DNA of 40,679 bases from Tolypothrix carrinoi HA7290-LM1 (GTDB lineage Bacteria; Cyanobacteriota; Cyanobacteriia; Cyanobacteriales; Nostocaceae), in assembly GCA_019358935.1 (NCBI GenBank), contig JAHHIK010000077.1, positions 1 through 40,679 of the forward strand, read 5' to 3'. The notes under the pieces are model-generated. The model did not search any database, was not told where the DNA came from, and worked only from the letters and a program-made list of their open reading frames with translations. Positions 19,020 to 29,272 of the stretch are shown piece by piece (position 1 is the stretch's first letter; every line of letters begins with the position of its first letter). A program made the position numbers and the translations under genes.

Positions 19020-20387
19020 GTGGATAAAATCGCCATAATTGGCTTATCATGCCTTTTTCCTGGGGCAAAAAACCCAGAAGAATTCTGGCAGAATCTTAAC
19101 GAACAAAAAGATTCAACATCATCTGTAACTATTGAGGATATCGGAGTAGATCCCGCAATATTTTACGATTCAGTAAAAGGGAAACCCGAAACAATCTATA
19201 ACCTCAATGGAGGATTTGTCCGTAACTTTAAATTTGAGCCAACTGAATACAATCTACCACCCGAACTACTTGCTAGTTTGGATAACACTTTTCAATGGTC
19301 GCTATACGCTGCAAAACAAGCGATTCAGCAAAGTGGTTATTTGGGTAATCAAGCTGTACTTTCCAAATGCGGCGTAATTTTAGGTACTTTATCTTTACCT
19401 ACAAAAGCTTCTAATCAATTGTTTGCTCCTATTTATCAGCAAACAATACAGCCAGCAATTCAGGAACTTTTACAAGATAAAGACTTTCATTTGCCTTCTT
19501 TACCGACATCTATCAAAGCGTCTCCTTATAACGCTATGATATCAGGATTTCCAGCAGCGATGGTCGCTCAAGCTCTGTCTTTATCGAATATTCATTTTTG
19601 CTTAGACGCAGCTTGTTCTTCACCTTCATATGCGATTAAACTGGCATCTCATTATTTGCGATCGCATAAAGCTGACTTAATGCTAGCTGGGGGAATTAGT
19701 TGTGCCGATCCGCTCTTTTTGCGAATGTTCTTTTGTGGTATCCAAGGATATCCCGAAAATGACATCAGCCGTCCTTTAGACAACACATCCAGAGGGCTAA
19801 TTACCGCCGACGGTATAGGAATGTTTGTCTTAAAAAGACACAGTGATGCTATCAGAGATGGCGATAACATTTTAGCGACAATTTGCGGCATTGGACTCTC
19901 AAACGATGGTAGGGGCAAGCATTTATTAAGTCCTAATTCTCAAGGGCAAATTCTCGCTTTTGAGCGAGCATACACTGAAGCTGAACTTAGCCCCAAAGAT
20001 ATCGATTATATGGAGTGCCATGCTACCGGCACATTATTAGGAGATACCACCGAATTTAACTCTGTCGAAACATTTTTTGGTGAACATCAAGCAACACCTT
20101 TAGTCGGTTCTGTGAAGGCAAATGTCGGACACCTAATGGTTGCTGCCGGTTCAGTGAGCTTAATGAAAGTCATTTTGAGCATGTGTGGAAATATAATTCC
20201 CGCAACAATTAATGTCACCGATCCTATCGGCTCTGATGACAATGTAATTGCACCTAAAAGAATTGTTATAAATGCCACTAAATGGCGCGGAAAAGCATCA
20301 GTTAAACGTGCAGCTATAAGTGCTTTTGGTTTTGGTGGAACTAACGCTCATTTAATTCTCGAAAGAGGGGAAAAAGAAAATGACTGA
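19020..20387 (+). CDS. hglD: HglD: standalone ketosynthase
   Basis: GTG start; DAACSS, HATGT, NVGH and SAFGFGGTNAH motifs. Confidence 0.88.
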   Translation: MDKIAIIGLSCLFPGAKNPEEFWQNLNEQKDSTSSVTIEDIGVDPAIFYDSVKGKPETIYNLNGGFVRNFKFEPTEYNLPPELLASLDNTFQWSLYAAKQAIQQSGYLGNQAVLSKCGVILGTLSLPTKASNQLFAPIYQQTIQPAIQELLQDKDFHLPSLPTSIKASPYNAMISGFPAAMVAQALSLSNIHFCLDAACSSPSYAIKLASHYLRSHKADLMLAGGISCADPLFLRMFFCGIQGYPENDISRPLDNTSRGLITADGIGMFVLKRHSDAIRDGDNILATICGIGLSNDGRGKHLLSPNSQGQILAFERAYTEAELSPKDIDYMECHATGTLLGDTTEFNSVETFFGEHQATPLVGSVKANVGHLMVAAGSVSLMKVILSMCGNIIPATINVTDPIGSDDNVIAPKRIVINATKWRGKASVKRAAISAFGFGGTNAHLILERGEKEND

Positions 20388-23300
20388 ACAATCTGCAAAA
20401 ATTGCCATCGTCGGTATGGATGCCTTTTTTGGTGAGTGTAATGGATTAGATGCTTTTGAACGTAGCATTTATGACGGAACACAGCATTTTATTTCTTTAC
20501 CACCGAAAAGATGGCAAGGTATCGAAGAGCAAGAAAACTTACTTATAAAGTACGATTTACCAGAAGACAAAGCACCAATAGGAGCATACATTAAAGATTT
20601 TGAAATCGATACTTTAGCTTACAAAATTCCCCCAAATGAAGTAGAAAAGTTAAATCCGCAACAATTATTACTGCTAAAAGTTGCCGATCGCGCTTTGAAA
20701 GATGCAGCAATTAAAGAAGGTGAAAATGTCGCAGTAATTATTGCTGCTGAAACCGAACTTTCTGTTCATCAGTTACAGCAAAGATGGAATTTCTCCTGGC
20801 AAATAAAAGATGGTTTAAACGCTGGGGAAATTTCCTTACCTAGCGAAAAAGTTACTCAATTAGAAACAATTGTTAAAGACGGACTTCACCATCAAGTTGA
20901 TATTGGTGAATATCTGAGTTACATCGGTAACATCATGGCGAGTCGGATTTCTTCGCTGTGGAATTTTAGCGGTCCTTCCTTCACCATCACAGCGGTAGAA
21001 AATTCCGCTCTCAAAGCGCTGGAAGTGGCAGAAATGCTACTTACTTCCGGAGAAGTTGATACTGTGCTAGTTGGTGCTGTAGATTTAGCTGGCGGTCTGG
21101 AAAATGTATTATTGCGGAGTCAATTAGCCAAAATTAATACAGGTGTCCCGACTCTCAGTTATGACCAAAAAGCCGACGGCTGGATGGTTGGGGAAGGTGC
21201 GGGAGCAGTTGTCCTCAAGCGTCACGACACCGCGCTAGAAAGAAATGAACGCATCTATGCAGTCATTGATGCTCTTAGCTTCGGGCAAGGTCATCATACT
21301 GCAACTCAATTAAATAGCGGTATTGTCACCGCAGATACAGAAACTGTCAACTCTGTCTGCAAACAAGCTTTTCAGATTGCAGGTATTGAACCGAAAGAGA
21401 TTAAGTATCTAGAAGTGTACGGTAGTGGGGTTCCCCAGGAAGACGAAGCGGAAATTGCCGGGTTACTGCAAGCTTATCCTCCGACTGGGGATGGATTAGA
21501 TTGTGCGATTGGTAGTGTTAAAGCTAACATCGGTCACACCTTTGTGGCATCGGGAATCGCCAGTTTGATAAAAACTGCTCTGTGTCTGTATCACAGATAT
21601 ATTCCTGGATGTCCGAAATGGTCTGGGGTAAAAACGCCGCAAGTTTGGCAAGGTAGTCCTTTTTACGTCGCTACCGAATCTAGACCTTGGTTTCTCGGCA
21701 AAGAAAGCACGCGCAGAGTAGCAGCAATTAACAGCATGGGCATAGATGGGACATTTGCCCACGTCATCTTGTCAGAACAACCGAACCAGAAGGAACGTAA
21801 TAGCACATATTTGCAACAAACACCATTTTATTTGTTTCCAATTGCAGCAAGCGATCGCACCGAATTACTACAGCATCTTACCGCACTTCAACAAAGCATC
21901 GAAAAGTCTACTTCTCTCTCAGCTACTGCTAGCAATACCTTTACAACCTTCCAACAGAATCCTCAAGCAAAATACGCTCTCTCCATTCTCGGACGTAACA
22001 AAAAAGAATTAACCAGAGAAATCGAATCTGCCCGCAAAGGTGTAAATAATGCCTTTGAAAAAGATATAGATTGGCTAACACCTCTTGGTAGTTATTTTAC
22101 AGCTAAACCATTAGGTAAACAAGGCGGTATTGCCTACGTTTATCCAGCAGCAGTCAACGCTTATGTTGGTTTAGGTCGAAATTTGTTTCGCTTATTTCCC
22201 AAAGTCCACAATGACGAGATTGTTCAAAGTCTTTACAAGCGTGCTGCTGACGTTGAGAGATTGGTATTTCCGAGAAGCTTGAATAAGTTGACAACCAGAC
22301 AATTAGAAACTCTGGAAAAGCAACTATTAGATGATTCTTTGGCATTATTTGAAGCAGAAATGCTGCATACCAGACTCACGACAACAATCATCCAAGACGA
22401 TTTTAAAATCAAGCCAAAATTTGTCTTTGGATATAGTTTGGGTGAAACTAGCATGATGGTTGCTCAAGGAATTTGGAGCAATTTTTACCAAGGAAGTAAC
22501 AACTTTAATTCATCTCCTTTATTTGGTGAAAGATTATCTGGTGCAAAAAACGCCGTTCGCGAATATTGGGGATTACCAAAAGCAACATCAAACGACAACA
22601 ATTTTTGGAGTAACTATGTATTGATAGCCTCAGCATCTGAGGTGCAAGAGTGTATTAAAAACGAGAATCGTGTTTATTTGACTCAGATTAATACACCCGA
22701 AGAAGTTGTAATTGCTGGTGAAACAGCAGCTTGTGAGAGAGTAATTAAAACTTTGGGTTGCGATGCTTTCCGCGCTCCCTTCGACCACGTAATACATTGC
22801 GAACCGATGCAATCGGAGTACGAGGAACTAGTTAAAGTTAACACATTACCGACAAGTAAAAAGCTTCCTGATGCTACTTTTTACTCAGCATTGGAGCATA
22901 AACCGATTGTACTTGAAAGTAATGCGATCGCTCACAGTGTCGCCAAAGTCCTCTGCTCGCAACTTGATTTTCTCCAATTAGTTAATCAAGTCTACTCTGA
23001 TGGAGCCAAAATATTTATCGAAGCCGGCGCGGGTAGTGTTTGTTCTCGGTGGATTGACAAAATTCTCGATGGGAAAGAACATCTCACCGTATCCCTAAAT
23101 CGAAGAGGTGTAGATGACCATACATCTTTTGTCAAGGCATTAGCGAAACTCGTCAGCCATCGAGTAGAACTCGACTTATCACCACTCTACATTCAGGCAA
23201 AAGAAACTAAAAGTCAACGATTATCAACAATCAGAAATATCACCTTAGGTGGTAAGCCAATTCTTTCTACAATCCTGAGTGAAGAAAACCGGAAACTTTT

Positions 23301-23736
23301 CCAAAATCAAGCTCAGAAAAAAGTAGTGAAACGTGTTCCCACCCAAGAACAAACTAGAGAACTGATAAATTATTCCAAAGCTGGTAGCAAACACAACAAT
23401 ATTCCGCCATCCCAAACAAAACAACAGGAAGTTACCATGAAAAATATCATTGATAACAGTTTTCAGCCTAGAGAAATATCACAATCTTATCAGTCCACCG
23501 CCACGAAAGAGAGAATTACTCAATCGATTCCTTGTCCACCTGTTGTAACTGAGATAAATCATACAGTAAATCTAACCGATTTACGCAATTCTCAGTATGA
23601 AAAATTGAGTAACAACAATTCAAGCATTACAAAAACCCACACTGCGTTTCTACAAGCTAGACAGGAATTTAGCCAGCAAATGAGTGAAATCATTCAATTA
23701 CAGTTAGCCTGCGCTGAAAATTTGTTGAATCAGTAA
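20380..23736 (+). CDS. hglC: HglC: Cys-less KS (chain-length-factor-like) plus AT (PfaB/C-like)
   Basis: TAVENSA replaces DAAC; AT motif GYSLG; overlaps hglD by 8 bp. Confidence 0.88.
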   Translation: MTEQSAKIAIVGMDAFFGECNGLDAFERSIYDGTQHFISLPPKRWQGIEEQENLLIKYDLPEDKAPIGAYIKDFEIDTLAYKIPPNEVEKLNPQQLLLLKVADRALKDAAIKEGENVAVIIAAETELSVHQLQQRWNFSWQIKDGLNAGEISLPSEKVTQLETIVKDGLHHQVDIGEYLSYIGNIMASRISSLWNFSGPSFTITAVENSALKALEVAEMLLTSGEVDTVLVGAVDLAGGLENVLLRSQLAKINTGVPTLSYDQKADGWMVGEGAGAVVLKRHDTALERNERIYAVIDALSFGQGHHTATQLNSGIVTADTETVNSVCKQAFQIAGIEPKEIKYLEVYGSGVPQEDEAEIAGLLQAYPPTGDGLDCAIGSVKANIGHTFVASGIASLIKTALCLYHRYIPGCPKWSGVKTPQVWQGSPFYVATESRPWFLGKESTRRVAAINSMGIDGTFAHVILSEQPNQKERNSTYLQQTPFYLFPIAASDRTELLQHLTALQQSIEKSTSLSATASNTFTTFQQNPQAKYALSILGRNKKELTREIESARKGVNNAFEKDIDWLTPLGSYFTAKPLGKQGGIAYVYPAAVNAYVGLGRNLFRLFPKVHNDEIVQSLYKRAADVERLVFPRSLNKLTTRQLETLEKQLLDDSLALFEAEMLHTRLTTTIIQDDFKIKPKFVFGYSLGETSMMVAQGIWSNFYQGSNNFNSSPLFGERLSGAKNAVREYWGLPKATSNDNNFWSNYVLIASASEVQECIKNENRVYLTQINTPEEVVIAGETAACERVIKTLGCDAFRAPFDHVIHCEPMQSEYEELVKVNTLPTSKKLPDATFYSALEHKPIVLESNAIAHSVAKVLCSQLDFLQLVNQVYSDGAKIFIEAGAGSVCSRWIDKILDGKEHLTVSLNRRGVDDHTSFVKALAKLVSHRVELDLSPLYIQAKETKSQRLSTIRNITLGGKPILSTILSEENRKLFQNQAQKKVVKRVPTQEQTRELINYSKAGSKHNNIPPSQTKQQEVTMKNIIDNSFQPREISQSYQSTATKERITQSIPCPPVVTEINHTVNLTDLRNSQYEKLSNNNSSITKTHTAFLQARQEFSQQMSEIIQLQLACAENLLNQ

Positions 23737-23741
23737 AAAAT

Positions 23742-23951
23742 AGGGAGTGGGGAGTAGGGAGTAGGGAATAGGGGGACAAGGGGGACAAGGGGGACAAGGT
23801 GACAAGGGGGACAAGGTGACAAGGTGACAAGGAGAATTTTTGAATAATACTCCCCAAGTCGTCCCCCCTCTCCCCCTCTCCCCCTCCCCCCATCCCCCCC
23901 TCTCCCCCTCTCCCCCTCCCCACTCCCCACTCCCCACTCCCCACTCCCACT
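23742..23951. repeat. Opposed G-rich/C-rich STRR block
   Basis: GGGAGT and GGGGACAA/GGTGACAA units, followed by TCCCCC and ACTCCCC units. Confidence 0.93.
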
Positions 23952-23976
23952 TCTTACAATTCGAGGGTTAACCACA

Positions 23977-25644
23977 TTGAAAACTGTAGATACATTATCG
24001 AATAAATATAATGATGGGCTTCGTTTTTCTGCCTCATCTTACAATCAAAATCAGCTTTGGAAATGTTCCTTAGATTGTGTATCTTTTGACCGCCAAGGTA
24101 TCAAAGAAAAACTTTTGGCTATAGATAAACCTTGTTATATCGTTAGAGTTGAAGGCAGAATCGGTGTCACTAACGAAGGTTATTCTTGTCCTAACGAACA
24201 TAGCGGTAAACCAGGAACAGTAGAACTGCTGATGGCTGTTCCACCAATTTCAATTCAAAACTTAGGCGATCCCACTTTTCTCTCTTTTCATAATGTAAAA
24301 TATGCCTATGCTACTGGTGCAATGGCTGGTGCTATTGCTTCCGAAGAAATGGTCATTGCACTAGGAAAAGAGAAAATTTTGAGTTCCTTTGGTGCAGGTG
24401 GATTAAGTCCGGAACGTCTGGAAGTAGCTATTAAACGCATTCAAGAAGCTTTACCTTATGGTCCCTACGCTTTTAATTTAATTCACAGTCCCAACGAACC
24501 CGCTATTGAACGTCGTGCAGTAGATTTATACCTTAAATATGGCGTAAAAACTGTAGAAGCTTCGGCATTTTTAGACTTAACTCCCAACATCGTTTATTAT
24601 CGGGTTGCTGGATTAAGTTTGAATGCAGCAAATGAAATCGAAATTAAAAACAAAGTCATTGCCAAAATTTCGCGCCGAGAAGTTGCCATCAAATTTCTCC
24701 AACCAGCACCAACAAAAATTCTCAAAGAACTACTTCAACAAGGATTAATCAGTGAATTACAGGCTAATTTAGCAGCCAAAGTTCCAATGGCTGATGATAT
24801 TATTGCCGAAGCAGATTCTGGTGGTCATACAGACAATCGTCCTCTAGTTTGTATGTTACCTTCAATTATTGCCTTGAGAGATGAAATTCAAGAACAATAT
24901 GAATATGAAAAACCAATTAGAGTTGGTGTAGCTGGAGGAATTGCCACCCCAGAATCAGCATTAGCTGCCTTTATGATGGGTGCTGCTTTTATAGTTACTG
25001 GCTCAATTAATCAGTCGTGTATTGAATCTGGAGCTTGCGAACATACTAAGAAATTGCTCGCTCAAGCAGAAATGGCTGATGTCATGATGGCTCCAGCAGC
25101 AGATATGTTTGAAATGGGGGTAAAACTTCAAGTTCTCAAAAGAGCAACTCTCTTCCCCATGCGAGCGCAGAAATTATATGAGTTATACAGAAGTTATAAC
25201 TCGGTTGAAGAGATTCCTCTCGCTGAAAGAGAGAAATTAGAAAAACAAGTTTTTCGCAAAACTATAGCTGAAGTATGGGAAGGAACTGCTGCTTATTTAT
25301 CGCAAAAGAATCCAGAAAAATTGGCGAAAGCAGTCAATAATCCTAAATTGAAAATGGCTCTAATTTTTCGCTGGTATTTAGGCTTATCTTCGCGTTGGTC
25401 TAGTTCTGGTGAAAAAGGTCGAGAAGTCGATTATCAAATTTGGTGCGGTCCAGCGATGGGTAGCTTCAATGACTGGGTGCGCGGTTCCTATTTGTCTGAG
25501 CCAGAAAATCGCCGAGTAGTTGATGTAGCTCATCACATCATGACAGGAGCCGCATTTTTATATCGCATACAAAACCTGAAAATTCAAGGACTGCAAGTAG
25601 CAGATTTTTACAGTCAATATCGTCCGGAAGTTTCTAAATTTTAG
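23977..25644 (+). CDS. hglA: HglA: PfaD-family enoyl reductase
   Basis: TTG start; GAMAGAIAS, EADSGGHTDNRP, APAADMFEMGVKLQVLK and DYQIWCGPAMG motifs. Confidence 0.92.
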   Translation: MKTVDTLSNKYNDGLRFSASSYNQNQLWKCSLDCVSFDRQGIKEKLLAIDKPCYIVRVEGRIGVTNEGYSCPNEHSGKPGTVELLMAVPPISIQNLGDPTFLSFHNVKYAYATGAMAGAIASEEMVIALGKEKILSSFGAGGLSPERLEVAIKRIQEALPYGPYAFNLIHSPNEPAIERRAVDLYLKYGVKTVEASAFLDLTPNIVYYRVAGLSLNAANEIEIKNKVIAKISRREVAIKFLQPAPTKILKELLQQGLISELQANLAAKVPMADDIIAEADSGGHTDNRPLVCMLPSIIALRDEIQEQYEYEKPIRVGVAGGIATPESALAAFMMGAAFIVTGSINQSCIESGACEHTKKLLAQAEMADVMMAPAADMFEMGVKLQVLKRATLFPMRAQKLYELYRSYNSVEEIPLAEREKLEKQVFRKTIAEVWEGTAAYLSQKNPEKLAKAVNNPKLKMALIFRWYLGLSSRWSSSGEKGREVDYQIWCGPAMGSFNDWVRGSYLSEPENRRVVDVAHHIMTGAAFLYRIQNLKIQGLQVADFYSQYRPEVSKF

Positions 25645-25652
25645 GTGTGTAA

Positions 25653-27173
25653 ATGAGTTTATCAAATACTGCGAATCAGCCTCATAGTGCTGAAGATATC
25701 CAAAGTTTTTTAGTGTCAAATATTGCTGAATTGCTCAAAGTCGAAACCGATGAAATAGATATCCAAGAAAACTTGGAAAATTACGGTTTGAGTTCAGCAC
25801 AGGCAATGATGATTGTCAGTAGATTAGAAGATTTACTTGGTTTTCAGCCGTCTCCTGTTCTACTGTGGCATTATCCAAATATTGAATCACTTTCACAGCG
25901 TTTAGCTGAAGAATCAGAAGATACAAAAATTATCGGTGATTCAAATTCGATTATCAAAAATACAACCCCTGTTGTAGATTTGAAGGCTGAAGCTGTTCTC
26001 GATTCTAGCATCCGTCCTGTCACATTATCTTTTCAGCCTGTAGTTGAACCAGAACGAATTTTTCTAACTGGAGGAACTGGTTTTCTCGGAGCTTTCTTAA
26101 TTGAAGAATTGCTACAGCAAACGCAAGCTAATATCTACTGTTTGGTACGTGCTGCCAATGTAGAAGAAGGCAAAAATAAACTGATAAAAAATCTCCGACA
26201 GTATGCACTTTGGGATGATAGTTTTAATTCCCGAATCATTCCTGTTGTTGGCGATTTGTCTCAGCCATTGTTAGGAATTGGTGCCGAACAATTTCAAATT
26301 TTGGCAACAAACATTGACACTATTTATCATAGTGCTGCTTTGTTGAATTATGTTTATCCCTACTCAGCACTGAAAGCAGCCAATGTTTTGGGAACTCAGG
26401 AAATTTTGAAATTAGCATGTCAAATCAAAGTTAAACCTGTACATTATGTTTCCAGCGTCGCTGTTTTTGAATCTAATGCTTATGCTGGTAAACTTGTCAA
26501 AGAAGACGATGAATTTGAGCATTGGGAAGGCATTCATCTTGGTTATTCTCAAACAAAATGGGTTGCAGAAAAGTTAGTTAAAATTGCAGGCGATCGCGGA
26601 CTCCCAATTACTATCCACAGACCCCCATTAATAGCCGGACATAGCCAAACTGGTGTCTCCAACACACACGATTTTATCTGCTTGATGGCAAAAGGTTGTC
26701 TGCAAATGGGAAGCTTCCCAGAAGTAGATTATATGTTGGATATGTCTCCTGTAGACTATGTAAGTAAAGCTATTGTTCATCTATCAAGACAGAAAGAATC
26801 GATAGGTAAAGCTTTTCACTTGCAACATCCTCAACCTGTTCCTTTAACTGTTTTAGTTGATTGGGTGCGCTCGTTTGGTTATCCAGTTGATGTAATTCCT
26901 TACGATGCTTGGCAAGAAAAATTAATTAACAATGTGACTTCTGCCGAAAATCCTTTATACACACTGCGACCCTTTTTGCTTGAGCGTAGAGCCGAAGAAC
27001 AATTGACAATTCCAGATTTATATTTGAAAGCAAGAAGACCGGAAATCAGTTGTGAGGATACCCTGAATGCGTTAGCAGGAAGTGGGGTTGTTTGTGCGCC
27101 AATTGATTCCAAATTGTTTATGACTTATACCGCTTATTTAATTGAAAGCGGTTTCTTAAATCTGGCTGACTAA
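25653..27173 (+). CDS. hglB: HglB (HetM): ACP plus thioester reductase
   Basis: N-terminal ACP (YGLSSAQA); [10 protein letters not shown] and [10 protein letters not shown] motifs. Confidence 0.92.
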   Translation: MSLSNTANQPHSAEDIQSFLVSNIAELLKVETDEIDIQENLENYGLSSAQAMMIVSRLEDLLGFQPSPVLLWHYPNIESLSQRLAEESEDTKIIGDSNSIIKNTTPVVDLKAEAVLDSSIRPVTLSFQPVVEPERIFLTGGTGFLGAFLIEELLQQTQANIYCLVRAANVEEGKNKLIKNLRQYALWDDSFNSRIIPVVGDLSQPLLGIGAEQFQILATNIDTIYHSAALLNYVYPYSALKAANVLGTQEILKLACQIKVKPVHYVSSVAVFESNAYAGKLVKEDDEFEHWEGIHLGYSQTKWVAEKLVKIAGDRGLPITIHRPPLIAGHSQTGVSNTHDFICLMAKGCLQMGSFPEVDYMLDMSPVDYVSKAIVHLSRQKESIGKAFHLQHPQPVPLTVLVDWVRSFGYPVDVIPYDAWQEKLINNVTSAENPLYTLRPFLLERRAEEQLTIPDLYLKARRPEISCEDTLNALAGSGVVCAPIDSKLFMTYTAYLIESGFLNLAD

Positions 27174-27187
27174 ATAACTTTGACGAA

Positions 27188-27240
27188 TTCGTAGTAAGCA
27201 CTTCAGTGCTTTGAAAATAAGCGCTGAAGCGCTTACTACA
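27188..27240. repeat. Palindromic GTAG REP-like repeat
   Basis: GTAGTAAGCACTTCAGTGCTT...AAGCGCTGAAGCGCTTACTAC. Confidence 0.7.
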
Positions 27241-27258
27241 TCAACACAAAATAAATTT

Positions 27259-28254
27259 ATGAACCTTGAAAACAAAACTTTACTGATAACTGGAATTGGG
27301 GGATTTATTGGCTTGCGTGCTACCGAGTTAGCGATCGCTCGCAATATGCATGTTCGCGGACTCCAACACTCCCTAGCTAAGGCAAAACTAGCTCAAAACC
27401 TCGGTGCAGAAGTCGCTATCGGTAGCATTACCGATCCAATTGCAGCCTCACACGCTTGCCAAGGTGTTGATATTGTACTGCATACAGCCGCCCTGGTGAA
27501 AGAAGGAGGCGCATTAGAAGAGTTTCGCGAGGTGAATGTTGGTGGAAGCTTAAATATGGCTCATGCTGCCAAAAACGCTGGTGCAAAAATCTTTATTCAC
27601 ACCTCCAGTGTCATGGTATATGGCTTTAACTATCCCAACAAAGTGACAGAATCAGGACCCTTTTACGGCGATAATAATCCTTACTGTCAAACTAAAATCG
27701 AAGCGGAAAAAGAACTCTTAAAACTGAATTCACCTGATTTTGGCGTAATTATTATTCGACCCGCAGATGTCTATGGACCCGGAAGTAACTCTTGGGTAAT
27801 TCGTCCGCTTTCACTGATGCATCAAAGAAAGTTTTTTCTACCTAACGGTGGAAGCGGAGTAATGAATCATGTATATATAGATAACTTGATTGATGCAATT
27901 TTTCTCGCTATTGAAAAAGAAGCTTATGGAGAAGCTTTTAATATCACTGATGGGCAAGAAACTTCTTGGAAAGAATATGCTACTCGTTTAGCGAAAGTTG
28001 CAAATTTACCCAAACCCTTTTCTCTCCCAGCATCTGTAGTCAAGTTTTTAATTAAGCTGCAATGTTTGCAACAAAAAATGTTAGGTCAAGAACCAGACAT
28101 TTTGCCTGAATCTATAGATTTTTTAACTCGACGTTATGCTTATTCGATTGAAAAAGCAAAGAATCAATTAGGTTTTACGCCGAATGTTTCTTTAGAAGAA
28201 GGTATGGAATCTGTGCGGGAATGGTTGGAAAAAACAGATATAAAACAACTATAA
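27259..28254 (+). CDS. NAD-dependent epimerase/dehydratase, paralog of 5290-6294
   Basis: TGIGGFIG and YCQTK; long near-identical blocks shared with 5290-6294 (VYGFNYP, MNHVY.DNLI, FNITDGQETSWK). Start at ATG 27259. Confidence 0.88.
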   Translation: MNLENKTLLITGIGGFIGLRATELAIARNMHVRGLQHSLAKAKLAQNLGAEVAIGSITDPIAASHACQGVDIVLHTAALVKEGGALEEFREVNVGGSLNMAHAAKNAGAKIFIHTSSVMVYGFNYPNKVTESGPFYGDNNPYCQTKIEAEKELLKLNSPDFGVIIIRPADVYGPGSNSWVIRPLSLMHQRKFFLPNGGSGVMNHVYIDNLIDAIFLAIEKEAYGEAFNITDGQETSWKEYATRLAKVANLPKPFSLPASVVKFLIKLQCLQQKMLGQEPDILPESIDFLTRRYAYSIEKAKNQLGFTPNVSLEEGMESVREWLEKTDIKQL

Positions 28255-28342
28255 ATCAATAGACCTCTTGCATAAATATTATTTTATCTCACGCAGAGAC
28301 GCAGAGGCGCAAAGAAGAAGGTGAGAATAAAAAGTAAGATGT

Positions 28343-29050
28343 CTAATATTGCCAACATTGCAAATGCAAGTTTTGCCCAGCAACCGCAACAGCAGCAAGA
28401 TAATTATTAGCAGGTATCAGTTCTGTTAAACTCCATTCTTCAGATTGTAAAGTGGCTGGTTGTGTTGGTGTGAGCAAAATCTCTACTTGTTCTAGTTGAG
28501 ATAATCCGGCACCAGTTGCTTTTAAATAAGCTTCTTTGCAAGTCCAGTAACGAAAAAAGACTTGTTGCTGTTGACTGGGAGGAAGCGATCGCACTACCTC
28601 ATATTCTCTACTTGTAAAAAACCTCTTTGCCAAAGCTTCTACATCAGTATTTTCACGTATGCATTCTAAATCTACACCAATCGCTCGCCTGCAAACTCCA
28701 TACAACGCCAACCCCTGCGAATGAGACAAGTTAAACGACAGCCCACTAGTAGCAAAATTATCAGCTAAAATCGGTTTGCCACGACTTTCATAATCAAATC
28801 GCAGCGTTTGCGGTTCAACACCCAAATAGCGACCCAATATAGTTCGCAGCATACCACGACCAGCGATGAAATGCTGCCGATGCTGTTCAAAATAAAACCG
28901 CTCCGCTCGACAAAGTTCATCACTGGATAGAGTTTCTGCCAATTCTTGCAATTGCGATCGCGACAGCGAGAGCTCAACTCGCCACACATGAACATCATCC
29001 ACCGACAAACTTAAATCTGTCGGTGCTTTTAGCCATTGGTCATTTGTCAC
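28343..29050 (-). CDS. hetI: Sfp-type 4'-phosphopantetheinyl transferase
   Basis: GKP, FNLSHS, IGVDLE and WTCKEAYLKATG motifs; convergent at the island end. Confidence 0.88.
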   Translation of the reverse strand: MTNDQWLKAPTDLSLSVDDVHVWRVELSLSRSQLQELAETLSSDELCRAERFYFEQHRQHFIAGRGMLRTILGRYLGVEPQTLRFDYESRGKPILADNFATSGLSFNLSHSQGLALYGVCRRAIGVDLECIRENTDVEALAKRFFTSREYEVVRSLPPSQQQQVFFRYWTCKEAYLKATGAGLSQLEQVEILLTPTQPATLQSEEWSLTELIPANNYLAAVAVAGQNLHLQCWQY

Positions 29051-29055
29051 AAGAG

Positions 29056-29272
29056 TTGGTTGTTAGTGGATAGTGGATAGTTGTTAGTTGTTAGTTGTTA
29101 GTGGTTGGTGGTTGGTGGTTGGTAGTTGGTAGTTGGTGATTGGAGCGTTAGAGCGTGGTTGCTTGTCCCCACGCCCGTCGCCCTTGTCCCCCTTGTCTCC
29201 CTTGTCCCCCTTGTCTCCCTTGTCCCCCTTGTCCCCCCCTCTCCCCATCCCCCCCTCTCCCACTCTTCTCTC
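29056..29272. repeat. STRR block, partly inside the 3' end of the hydrolase ORF
   Basis: TTGTTAG/TTGGTGG heptamers and CCCTTGTC(C/T) nonamers. Confidence 0.9.
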
